A stretch of DNA of 64,000 bases from an uncultured Wenzhouxiangella sp. (GTDB lineage: Bacteria; Pseudomonadota; Gammaproteobacteria; Xanthomonadales; Wenzhouxiangellaceae): positions 183,487 to 247,486 of the forward strand of contig CAYWVH010000001.1 in assembly GCA_964461845.1 (NCBI GenBank), in the 5' to 3' direction. Positions within the stretch are counted from its first letter, which is position 1. Every line of letters begins with the position of its first letter. The position numbers and the translations under genes are program-made. The notes beneath the pieces were generated by a model. The model searched no databases. It was not told where the DNA came from and was given only the letters and a program-made list of their open reading frames with translations. Shown here in pieces: positions 52,126 to 61,202 of this stretch.

Positions 52126-53934
52126 ATGAAACTTCGAAATATTGCCATCATTGCCCATGTTGACCATGGCAAGACCACTTTGGTCGACCAGTTGCTTCGC
52201 CAGTCCGGCGAGTTTGCTGCGCATGAACGTTTGACCGACCGGGTCATGGACTCAGGTGATCAGGAGCGCGAGCGGGGCATCACCATTTTGGCCAAGAACA
52301 CGGCCATCACTTGGCAAGATTGGCGCATCAATATTGTGGACACCCCAGGACATGCTGACTTCGGAGGCGAAGTGGAGCGTGTGCTCTCAATGGTCGATTC
52401 TGTGCTGTTGCTCGTCGATGCTGTCGATGGGCCCATGCCTCAAACCCGGTTTGTGACACAAAAAGCCTTTGCCATGGGTTTTCGGCCGATTGTGGTGATC
52501 AATAAAGTCGACCGAGATGGTGCCAGACCAGACTGGGTCTTGAATCAGACGTTTGACTTATTTGATCAACTCAATGCCACCGATGAGCAATTGGACTTTC
52601 CAGTGCTTTATGCCTCCGCGCTCAACGGCTATGCAGGGCTTGATCAAGATGTTCGCTCTGGAGACCTCACCCCTTTATTCGAGACCTTGATCACGCATGT
52701 ACCAGAGCCACCGGTGGACCCCGATGGTCCGTTCCAAATGCAAATCTCGTCATTGGCTTACTCAACCTACGTGGGCTTGATCGGCATTGGCCGTGTTCGG
52801 CGAGGCAAAGTGGCCACGAATCAACCTGTGGTTGTGGTGGATGCCGAAGGCAAAAAAACACCCGGCCGCATTCTTCAGGTATTGGGTTTTAAGGGGCTCA
52901 AACGAGAAGAGGTTCCGCAGGCGAGCGCAGGGGACATCATTGGCATTTCAGGCATTGAAAAATTGGGGATCTCCTCGACCTTGTGTGACCCCAATGCCGT
53001 CGAAGCCTTGCCTGTGCTCACCGTCGATGAGCCAACCATCCATATGACGTTCCAGGTCAATGACTCTCCCTTTGCAGGGCGTGAAGGAAAGTTTCTGACC
53101 TCGCGGCAACTTCGGGCACGTCTGTATCAAGAAGCCAGTCATAACGTTGCGCTTCAAGTCAGTGACACACCCGACCCTGATCAGTTTGAAGTGGCCGGTC
53201 GCGGTGAATTGCACTTGTCTGTCTTGATTGAAGCGATGCGCCGAGAGGGCTATGAGCTGGCGGTTTCCAGGCCTCGGGTGAGAAAGCGTGAAATCGATGG
53301 CCAATTGAAAGAACCGTGGGAGCAGGTGGTGCTGGATTGCGAGGAAGCCTACCAAGGTGCGGTGATGCAGGCCATGGGCGAGCGAAAAGCTCAGCTAAAA
53401 GACATCCAACCCGATGGCCGGGGTCGAGTGCGGCTGGATTATTTGGCGCCTGCCAGGGGCTTGATTGGCTTCCAAAGCCAGTATCGGACCATGACTGCGG
53501 GCACTGGCTTATTTTTCCGAGTCTTTGATCATTGGGGAGAGCCCACCGACAGTTTCAGCCCCAGGATCAATGGCACCTTGATCAGCATGGATGTGGGCGT
53601 TACCGTCGCCTATGCGCTTTTCAATTTACAAGAGCGGGGCAAGCTGTTTGTTGGGGCCGGTGAGGATGTCTATGAGGGCATGATCATCGGGCTTCATAAT
53701 CGAGACAATGACCTGGTGGTCAATCCCCTTAAGAAAAAGCAACTGACCAATATCCGTGCCTCAGGTAAGGATGATGCGTTGCTGCTCACGCCCCCTGTCA
53801 AAATGAGTTTAGAACAGGCGCTGGAGTTCTTGGCAGACGATGAGTTGCTTGAGGTGACCCCCAGCCACATCCGACTGCGCAAAAGGTTCTTGAAAGAGCA
53901 CGAGAGAAAGCGTGCGAGCAGGGAAAGCGCCTGA
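52126..53934 (+). CDS. typA: Translational GTPase TypA/BipA
   Basis: [55 protein letters not shown]. Confidence 0.99.
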   Translation: MKLRNIAIIAHVDHGKTTLVDQLLRQSGEFAAHERLTDRVMDSGDQERERGITILAKNTAITWQDWRINIVDTPGHADFGGEVERVLSMVDSVLLLVDAVDGPMPQTRFVTQKAFAMGFRPIVVINKVDRDGARPDWVLNQTFDLFDQLNATDEQLDFPVLYASALNGYAGLDQDVRSGDLTPLFETLITHVPEPPVDPDGPFQMQISSLAYSTYVGLIGIGRVRRGKVATNQPVVVVDAEGKKTPGRILQVLGFKGLKREEVPQASAGDIIGISGIEKLGISSTLCDPNAVEALPVLTVDEPTIHMTFQVNDSPFAGREGKFLTSRQLRARLYQEASHNVALQVSDTPDPDQFEVAGRGELHLSVLIEAMRREGYELAVSRPRVRKREIDGQLKEPWEQVVLDCEEAYQGAVMQAMGERKAQLKDIQPDGRGRVRLDYLAPARGLIGFQSQYRTMTAGTGLFFRVFDHWGEPTDSFSPRINGTLISMDVGVTVAYALFNLQERGKLFVGAGEDVYEGMIIGLHNRDNDLVVNPLKKKQLTNIRASGKDDALLLTPPVKMSLEQALEFLADDELLEVTPSHIRLRKRFLKEHERKRASRESA

Positions 53935-53946
53935 TAAGATTGGGGC

Positions 53947-55167
53947 ATGGATTTTTCTCAATCTTCCAAAGCCCAACAGATCAGCCATCAGCTCGATGAG
54001 TTCATGCGTGAGCACATCGAGCCTTTTGAAGCCAAGTGGCATCAGGCCAGCGCCTCATCTTCCAATCCTTGGGTGGTCTCACCCGAGATAGCCGATTTAA
54101 AAGCCAAGGCTCGCCAGGCGGGTCTTTGGAATCTGTTTTTGCCGGATGACAAGTTAGGCAGGGGGTTATCCAACTTGGACTATGCGCCCATGGCAGAGCG
54201 CATGGGTCGCTCTTTGATGGCACCAGAGATCTTTAACTGCAATGCGCCCGATACCGGCAACATGGAAGTGCTTTATCACTTTGGCTCTGCTGAGCAAAAG
54301 ACAAGGTGGTTGGCCCCCTTATTGGCGGGTGAGATTCGGTCTGCTTTTTGTATGACCGAACCCGATGTGGCCTCTTCCGATGCCACCAACATGGCGGCCA
54401 CTGCAATGGTTGAGGGCGACGAGATTGTCTTGAATGGTCGCAAGTGGTGGTCGACTGGGCTTGGGCATCCAGATTGTCAGTTGCTTATATTTATGGGCCT
54501 CAGCTTGCCCGAGGCGGACAGGCATCGGCGCCACTCCATGGTGTTGGTGCCGGCCGATGCCCCTGGCGTCAAAGTGGAGCGCATGCTGAAGACCATGGGG
54601 CAGTGGGATGCACCCTACGGTCACGGTGAGGTCAGCTTTGACCATGTGCGTTTGCCATTGACTTCGGTCATATCGGGCGTCGGTCATGGGTTCGCCATTG
54701 CCCAAGGTCGCTTGGGTCCTGGCCGAATCCATCATTGCATGCGCTTAATTGGTTTGGCTGAGCATGCACTGGCTTTGGCGTGCGAGCGTGCGGTATCGCG
54801 TCAAGCCTTTGGTCGGCCATTGGCTCACCTGGGCGGCAACACAGAACGCATCGCCGATGCGCGTATCGCCATCGAGCAATCGAGGCTGTTGGTGCTCAAA
54901 GCCGCTTGGGCACTGGATCGCCATGGCGTCAAAGCGTCCATGAGTGAGATTTCACAGATTAAAGTGGCCGTGCCGAATATGGCGCTTAAAGTCATTGATA
55001 TGGCCATGCAGCTCCATGGGGGAGCGGGGTTGAGCGATGATTTCCCTCTGGCGATGGCTTGGACGGCGGCCCGAGCGTTGCGTCTGGCCGATGGCCCTGA
55101 TGAGGTCCATCGAGGCTTGATCGCAAAGATGGAGCTCAAGCCCTACAAAGAGCAACATGAATCCTAA
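53947..55167 (+). CDS. Acyl-CoA dehydrogenase, ACAD10/11 (LvaC-like) subfamily
   Basis: FNCNAPDTGNMEVL, SAFCMTEPDVASSDATN, AQGRLGPGRIHHCMR, LRLADGPDEVHR. Confidence 0.9.
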   Translation: MDFSQSSKAQQISHQLDEFMREHIEPFEAKWHQASASSSNPWVVSPEIADLKAKARQAGLWNLFLPDDKLGRGLSNLDYAPMAERMGRSLMAPEIFNCNAPDTGNMEVLYHFGSAEQKTRWLAPLLAGEIRSAFCMTEPDVASSDATNMAATAMVEGDEIVLNGRKWWSTGLGHPDCQLLIFMGLSLPEADRHRRHSMVLVPADAPGVKVERMLKTMGQWDAPYGHGEVSFDHVRLPLTSVISGVGHGFAIAQGRLGPGRIHHCMRLIGLAEHALALACERAVSRQAFGRPLAHLGGNTERIADARIAIEQSRLLVLKAAWALDRHGVKASMSEISQIKVAVPNMALKVIDMAMQLHGGAGLSDDFPLAMAWTAARALRLADGPDEVHRGLIAKMELKPYKEQHES

Positions 55168-56254
55168 CCAATCTGCATGGTTGGACCGCGCAGGCAAGGT
55201 GCGCAGCGAGGATCAGTTTGATGTCAGCGAGCTGGATCGGTGGCTACGAGTGCATGTGGATGGGTTGCCACCCGGTCTTCCGAAAGTCAGCCAATACGCC
55301 AAAGGGGCGTCCAATCGTACCTATCTTTTGAGTTATGGCGAAAAGCAATACGTGATGCGCCGCCCACCCTTGGGTGATAAAGCCAAGTCAGCGCATAACA
55401 TGGCCAGAGAATATCGCATCCAAGAAGCGCTGGCCGAGGCCGGTGTGGCTGTGCCAAAGATGCTCGGGCTGTGTGAGGATCCCTCGGTGATTGGGCAGGA
55501 GTTTTATGTGATGGCTCATGTCGAGGGATTGATCCTGCGAGCCAATCCACCCAAAGGCCTTGATCTTGATCAGCAACATGCACACGCTTTATGTCAAAGT
55601 GCCATTGATCAACTGATTCAGCTTCATTCAAGCCCGATTGAGGGCACCGCGCTTTCTCAGATAGGCAAAGGTGAAGGTTACAACCGTCGCCAAATCGATG
55701 GATGGAGAGACCGATTTCAAAAAGCAAAGACTTGGAACGTGCAAAGTGCCAGATCAGTCATGGCTTGGCTGGATGAGCGCTGCCCCGATGAGGTGTCGCT
55801 TTGCGTGATCCATGGGGATTTTCGCCTCGATAATCTCGTCCTCAAGCCCAATTTCCACGATGTCAATGAACCAGTCGAAATTCGAGCGATTTTGGATTGG
55901 GAGTTGGCCACCATTGGCGATCCGCTCATGGACCTTGGCAATTCCATGGCCTACTGGGTACAGGCCGATGATGATTTCTATTTCAGGGGCTTTCGCCGCC
56001 AGCCCACGCATATAGATGGGATGTGGACGCGTCAACAGGTGGTGGACCACTACTGCACTGAGCGAGGCCTTTCCACCGATGATTGGCCTTTTTATGAGGT
56101 CTATGGGCTGTTTCGTCTGGCTGTGATTGTGCAACAGATCTACCATCGCTACCACCATCGACAAACATCCAATCGCCAGTTGAGGCATCTTTGGGTGGCA
56201 GTCAACTACCTGTTGTGGCGATGTCGCCGGGTGATGCGAGCCCATAGAGCTTAG
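55157..56254 (+). CDS. APH-family phosphotransferase (ACAD10/11 kinase / LvaA-like)
   Basis: KGASNRTY, MRRPP, HNMAREY, IHGDFRLDN, ILDWELATIGDPLMDL; overlaps the ACAD gene by 11 nt. Confidence 0.88.
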   Translation: MNPNQSAWLDRAGKVRSEDQFDVSELDRWLRVHVDGLPPGLPKVSQYAKGASNRTYLLSYGEKQYVMRRPPLGDKAKSAHNMAREYRIQEALAEAGVAVPKMLGLCEDPSVIGQEFYVMAHVEGLILRANPPKGLDLDQQHAHALCQSAIDQLIQLHSSPIEGTALSQIGKGEGYNRRQIDGWRDRFQKAKTWNVQSARSVMAWLDERCPDEVSLCVIHGDFRLDNLVLKPNFHDVNEPVEIRAILDWELATIGDPLMDLGNSMAYWVQADDDFYFRGFRRQPTHIDGMWTRQQVVDHYCTERGLSTDDWPFYEVYGLFRLAVIVQQIYHRYHHRQTSNRQLRHLWVAVNYLLWRCRRVMRAHRA

Positions 56255-56347
56255 AAGGCATCCGATACTCGGATACAGAAGTCGGCAAGGCGGGGGCTTT
56301 GGACATGATAAAATCGCAAACCTAATTGGCGTCCCACGGGTACCTCC

Positions 56348-57244
56348 ATGTCGACTTTAAACAACATCCCATCACCAGGCGCGCGGTTTCGGCATCTTGT
56401 CGCCACCCACCCACCGCTTCAGGTGGTCGGTGCCATCAATGCCTACTGCGCGTTGCTGGCCAAGCGTGCAGGCCATCAGGCACTCTATCTATCGGGTGCG
56501 GGTGTGGCCAATGCATCTTTTGGCTTACCGGACTTGGGTGTCACACAGCTGGCTGATGTGGCGGAAGATGCCCAGAGGATTACATCTGTGTGTGACTTGC
56601 CCTTGCTGGTCGACATTGATACTGGTTTTGGGGGTGCCTTTAACATTGCCAGAACCATTCAGGTGCTAGAACGTGCGGGTGTGGCAGCGGTGCACATGGA
56701 AGATCAGGTGCAAGCCAAGCGCTGCGGGCATCGACCGAACAAGGCCATCGTATCAACCGCTGAAATGACGGATCGACTGAAGGCGGCTGTGGATGCAAGG
56801 AAGGATCAGTCCTTTGTAATCATGGCAAGAACGGATGCCTTTGCCAATGAGGGGATGGATGGGGCCATCGCTCGGGCTGAAGCCTATGTAGAGGCGGGTG
56901 CGGATATGATTTTTGCAGAAGCGCTTAGTTCTTTGCAGGACTTCAAAGCCTTTTGTGCATCGTGTCCTGTGCCTGTGTTGGCCAACATCACTGAGTTTGG
57001 CAAGACCCCGTTGCTGACCATTGAGGAATTGGCAGATGCTGGCGTGGGGTTGGCGCTGTATCCATTGTCAGCTTTCCGAGCGATGAGCCAGGCTGCCTTA
57101 GCGGTTTATGAAACGCTGAGAATGGAAGGGACACAGGCCTCTTTACTTCAGCAGATGCAGACCCGAGACAGTCTGTATGAGGTCTTGAACTATCACGCGT
57201 ACGAAGAAAAACTAGATGCACTATTTCAACAGGAGACATCATGA
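56348..57244 (+). CDS. prpB: 2-methylisocitrate lyase
   Basis: [45 protein letters not shown]. Confidence 0.97.
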   Translation: MSTLNNIPSPGARFRHLVATHPPLQVVGAINAYCALLAKRAGHQALYLSGAGVANASFGLPDLGVTQLADVAEDAQRITSVCDLPLLVDIDTGFGGAFNIARTIQVLERAGVAAVHMEDQVQAKRCGHRPNKAIVSTAEMTDRLKAAVDARKDQSFVIMARTDAFANEGMDGAIARAEAYVEAGADMIFAEALSSLQDFKAFCASCPVPVLANITEFGKTPLLTIEELADAGVGLALYPLSAFRAMSQAALAVYETLRMEGTQASLLQQMQTRDSLYEVLNYHAYEEKLDALFQQETS

Positions 57245-58365
57245 GCACAACAGATAAAGGCGCTGGCCTCCGGGGTCAGTCTGCGGGCCAGACCGCCATT
57301 TGCACTGTGGGCGCCACAGGCAACAGTCTCCGCTACCGTGGCTATGATGTTGAAGAGCTGGCCCAGAAGGCAAGCTTTACTGAAGTTGCTCATCTGATAT
57401 TGAAAGGGCATTTGCCTAATGCTCAAGAGCTTACGGCATACACCAAGCGTTTGGAGTCAATGCGCGCTTTGCCTCAATCGCTTAAAGAGGTCCTTGAGCG
57501 GATTCCCAGACAAGCTCATCCCATGGATGTCTTAAGGACAGGCTGTTCTTTCCTCGGCAACATTGAGCCTGAATTGGATTTTGGCGCTGAGCAAGATGTG
57601 GCCGATCGTCTCTTGGCCGTATTTCCTGCAATCATTGCCTATTGGTATCGTTTCAGTCATGAAGGTGTGCGAATCGATACAGAGACAGGCGAGGAGAGCA
57701 TCGGTGGGCATTATCTCCATATGCTGCACGGGCACCCGCCCAGCGAGCTGTTTGCGCGCGTCATGGATGTGTCTCTGATTCTCTATGCAGAGCATGAATT
57801 CAATGCTTCTACCTTCACTGCCAGAGTGTGCGCATCTACCTTGTCTGACATGCATTCATGTGTGACCGGTGCCATCGGTTCATTGAGGGGGCCTTTGCAT
57901 GGGGGTGCCAACGAGATGGCAATGGCGATGTTAGAGCAATATGATTCTGTTCAAGCAGCGCACGATGATGTGATGGCCAAATTGGCAGCCAAAGAGAAAA
58001 TCATGGGCTTTGGGCATGCCGTCTACCGCGAGCGTGATCCGAGAAATGCCATCATCAAAGAGTGGTCGAAGAAGTTATCCGAGGCTGTGGGCGATGAGGT
58101 GCTTTATCCAGTCTCTGAGACCGTAGAGCGCATCTTATGGGATGAGAAAAAATTATTTGCCAACGCTGATTTCTTTCATGCCTCTGCCTATCACTTTATG
58201 GGCATTCCAACGCCGTTGTTCACACCCATCTTCGTGATGTCTCGGGTGACTGGATGGTGTGCTCATGTCATGGAGCAGCGGGCCAACAACCGCATCATTC
58301 GCCCAAGCGCTGACTACATTGGGCCAGATGCCAGAGCCGTGACCCCGCTCAAAGAACGCGCTTGA
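57241..58365 (+). CDS. prpC: 2-methylcitrate synthase
   Basis: [51 protein letters not shown]. Confidence 0.97.
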   Translation: MSTTDKGAGLRGQSAGQTAICTVGATGNSLRYRGYDVEELAQKASFTEVAHLILKGHLPNAQELTAYTKRLESMRALPQSLKEVLERIPRQAHPMDVLRTGCSFLGNIEPELDFGAEQDVADRLLAVFPAIIAYWYRFSHEGVRIDTETGEESIGGHYLHMLHGHPPSELFARVMDVSLILYAEHEFNASTFTARVCASTLSDMHSCVTGAIGSLRGPLHGGANEMAMAMLEQYDSVQAAHDDVMAKLAAKEKIMGFGHAVYRERDPRNAIIKEWSKKLSEAVGDEVLYPVSETVERILWDEKKLFANADFFHASAYHFMGIPTPLFTPIFVMSRVTGWCAHVMEQRANNRIIRPSADYIGPDARAVTPLKERA

Positions 58366-58423
58366 GTGTCATGAGATCCATTGCAAGGCGCAGTTTGATG
58401 CGTCTTGGTGAATCAGTGGTGGG

Positions 58424-59524
58424 TCATTGGTCTGGTGCTTCTAGAAGCGCCATGTGATCAGGTGGCAGCGCCTGTCCGTGTTCTATTTCATGAATGTTCA
58501 AGCGCTCCATCAGGTAGCACAGGCAGTCTGTGCGAATAGCAAAACGATCCTGGGTCAGCATCGCGGGCATTAAGGGGCGAGCGGTTTGGATGCCACCGGC
58601 TTTTAGTGTGAAGCAGCTGGCCGTGAGGTCTCGGCCTTGATGGCCCAGCGCCATCAGAGGCATGGCAGCACCATTGAAGCGGGCCAGCTCAAATCCAGGG
58701 GCCCATTCGCAAAAATTATGCTGGTCAAGATCGGCTGGGAATCGCAGTGCTTCATTGCGATGTGGGTTGCTGGTGCTATCGGCGATACCGCCAAATTCGA
58801 ATTCGGTGTTGCTGTCAATTGTCAATGTCGCGAACATTTGATAAAGATCGAGGCGATTAGGGGGTGGGAATTGATCGGGCAAATCGCCCATGCGAAGCAC
58901 ATGCTCTAAATAGGCCAAGGCATGATCTGCGCCTTGCGAATCCTCTGATAATCCGCACTCGAGCGTGACAGAGGGGCAGAAGCTTGAGAATGCGTGGGAT
59001 TGGACGCCCCTGGGCTCGGTGAAGTAGACCACGGTCTTAGAGAATTCGCTGGCCAATTGCAAGGCCTGAGGTGCAATGACGTTGACAGCAGCGTAATGGG
59101 GGTTTCTGCCGGTATTGTTGTGGATATCAATGCTGGCAAACGGGGCCAGCCGTTTGATGTGTTCGGTGATCTTATGCTGGAGCAAGTGCCAGGGAGTGGG
59201 TGGCAAGGTGCTGCCTGGCCAGCAACGATTGAGGTCGGCTTGGGTGGGGAGGTAACGCACGTTGTGTCGGGCTGCTTCGATGTTACCAATCAACACAATC
59301 AAACTTCGAGGCAGGGGGTCTTTGCTATACCGGCCGCGAAGAAGGCGTCGGATGGCCTCCCATCCTGAGGTTTCATTCCCGTGCTGAAGTACCGACACCA
59401 CCAAGGGCCTGGTGTGTTCACCGGGCAGATGGATGACGGTTGGGCCGGACAGGTGCTGATGCAGCTCCCAGGCTGGACACTCGAGCAGTCCATCGGGCAA
59501 ATGATCGAGAATCAGCGGCTCCAT
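58424..59524 (-). CDS. M14-family metallo-deacylase/peptidase (AstE/AspA-like)
   Basis: Zn ligands HGNETSG and DIHNNTG, DLNRCWPG, LECG; start ATG 59524. Confidence 0.82.
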   Translation of the reverse strand: MEPLILDHLPDGLLECPAWELHQHLSGPTVIHLPGEHTRPLVVSVLQHGNETSGWEAIRRLLRGRYSKDPLPRSLIVLIGNIEAARHNVRYLPTQADLNRCWPGSTLPPTPWHLLQHKITEHIKRLAPFASIDIHNNTGRNPHYAAVNVIAPQALQLASEFSKTVVYFTEPRGVQSHAFSSFCPSVTLECGLSEDSQGADHALAYLEHVLRMGDLPDQFPPPNRLDLYQMFATLTIDSNTEFEFGGIADSTSNPHRNEALRFPADLDQHNFCEWAPGFELARFNGAAMPLMALGHQGRDLTASCFTLKAGGIQTARPLMPAMLTQDRFAIRTDCLCYLMERLNIHEIEHGQALPPDHMALLEAPDQ

Positions 59525-59542
59525 GAGGTATCCTTTAGGCCC

Positions 59543-60463
59543 ATGAGTACTATCGTCGCACAATCGCTCAGCAGATGTTACGGTCCAATGAAGGCCGTGA
59601 GCGATCTGTCATTTCAGGTGGATGGGCCGACCGTGGTGGGCGTGCTGGGTCCCAATGGGGCTGGGAAGTCTACGACCATGAAAATGCTGACGGGTTATTT
59701 GCAGCCGACCTCGGGGCGGGCCTTGATCAATGGGTATGACATTCAGGCCAAACGTTTGGAGGCGCTCAAATGCCTCGGTTATCTCCCAGAAGGCGCGCCC
59801 ATGTATCCAGAAATGACGGTGTTGGCATTTCTGGAGTTTGTGGCCTCTGTGCGCTTACTTCACGGTAAGCCCAGGCTAAAAGCGATTGAGTATGTGGTTG
59901 ACCGATTGGATTTATCGTCGGTGCTCCATCAACCCATAAGAACATTGTCAAAAGGCTTCGGTCGTCGGGTGGGGATGGCTCAAGCCATCATCCATGATCC
60001 GCCGATCTTGATACTGGATGAGCCGACCGATGGCCTCGATCCCATACAAAAAAATGGGGTCCGTAAGCTCATCCAAGAGATGGCCCCGAAAAAAATCATC
60101 ATCATTTCTACCCATATCTTGGAGGAGGTTGAGCTTCTCTGCCAACGAATTATGGTGATTGCACATGGGCAACTGAAGTTGGATGCCACGCCATCGGGAA
60201 TGCGGCAACGCTCACGCTACCGTGGTGCAGTGAGCATGGTGCTGGATCAGCCACAGACCAAAGCATCTTTGATCAGTGGCTTGCCTGAAGTGAGATCTGT
60301 GGAGTTGCGTGCCGGGCGGTTGACAGCGTTTGATAGCGGGCGAGGAGATTTGCCTGATGCGCTACAGAAATTGATCCAAGAGCAGGGTTGGCTGGTCAGT
60401 GAATTTCATCAAGAGGCTGGCCGGCTTGAGGATGTATTTGCTGAAGTCACGGGGGGCAGCTGA
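59543..60463 (+). CDS. ABC-2 ATPase, GldA-like
   Basis: GPNGAGKSTT, LSKGFGRRVG, LDEPTDGLDP, ISTHILEEV; start ATG 59543. Confidence 0.9.
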   Translation: MSTIVAQSLSRCYGPMKAVSDLSFQVDGPTVVGVLGPNGAGKSTTMKMLTGYLQPTSGRALINGYDIQAKRLEALKCLGYLPEGAPMYPEMTVLAFLEFVASVRLLHGKPRLKAIEYVVDRLDLSSVLHQPIRTLSKGFGRRVGMAQAIIHDPPILILDEPTDGLDPIQKNGVRKLIQEMAPKKIIIISTHILEEVELLCQRIMVIAHGQLKLDATPSGMRQRSRYRGAVSMVLDQPQTKASLISGLPEVRSVELRAGRLTAFDSGRGDLPDALQKLIQEQGWLVSEFHQEAGRLEDVFAEVTGGS

Positions 60464-60464
60464 C

Positions 60465-61202
60465 GTGTCATCCGTACTCTGGGCGATTATCCAGCGAGAG
60501 CTAAGGAGTTATGTCTCAACACCCATAGGCTGGGTATATGGGTTAGTTTTTATTGCGTTATCCAATGCGCTTGCATTTTATGTGGGTGGCTTTTTCCAGC
60601 GAGAGATTGCCGATCTGCAACCTTTTTTTCAGTTCCATCCTTGGCTTTACCTTCTGTTAATACCCGCCTTAGGCATGCGGGTCTGGTCCGAGGAGTTTCA
60701 GTCAGGGTCTGCGGAGCTCCTGCTAACCTTGCCCGTGGCCACATGGGAAGCGGTGATGGGTAAATTTCTGGCGGGCTGGTTTGTGATGGGTGTGGCCTTG
60801 GCTTTAACCTTTCCGATCTGGCTGACCGTCAATGTGCTTGGTTCGCCCGACAATGGTGTGATTCTCTCATCGTATTTGGCAAGCTGGTTTCTCGCAGGGG
60901 TCTTTTTGAGTTTGAGTGTTTGGCTGTCAGCAACAACCAATAATCAAGTGGTCGCTTTTACAGCAAGCTGCATTGTTTGTTTCGGGCTTTTGATGATGGG
61001 CATGCCTTGGTTGTTGGCGGCTTTGTCATCTTTTTTGCCAGAGGACATGGTTTGGGTGATGAGGAATACATCAGCACTCACCCACTACCAGTCCATGGCG
61101 CGAGGTGTCATTTCTTTGGTTGACCTGGTTTATTTTTTCGGATTGATGGCCACCTGTTTGTTTGGCAATTGGGCCGTCATTGAACTTAGGCGGGCTTCAT
61201 AA
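60465..61202 (+). CDS. ABC-2 permease, GldF-like
   Basis: RELRSY, MRVWSEEFQSGSAELLLTLPV, GKFLA, HYQSMARGVISLVDLVYF; GTG start 60465. Confidence 0.87.
   Translation: MSSVLWAIIQRELRSYVSTPIGWVYGLVFIALSNALAFYVGGFFQREIADLQPFFQFHPWLYLLLIPALGMRVWSEEFQSGSAELLLTLPVATWEAVMGKFLAGWFVMGVALALTFPIWLTVNVLGSPDNGVILSSYLASWFLAGVFLSLSVWLSATTNNQVVAFTASCIVCFGLLMMGMPWLLAALSSFLPEDMVWVMRNTSALTHYQSMARGVISLVDLVYFFGLMATCLFGNWAVIELRRAS

Noticed and set aside
55157-56254. APH-family gene as aminoglycoside resistance
   Set aside because: Its length, motifs and overlap with an ACAD10/11-type dehydrogenase indicate a metabolic kinase
59381-59542. N-terminal extension of the ABC ATPase overlapping the M14 gene (similar extensions on aroA 14790, miaA 4268, hslV 45343, dapF 47948)
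   Set aside because: The extensions have no domain features and overlap neighbours; downstream ATGs match expected family N-termini
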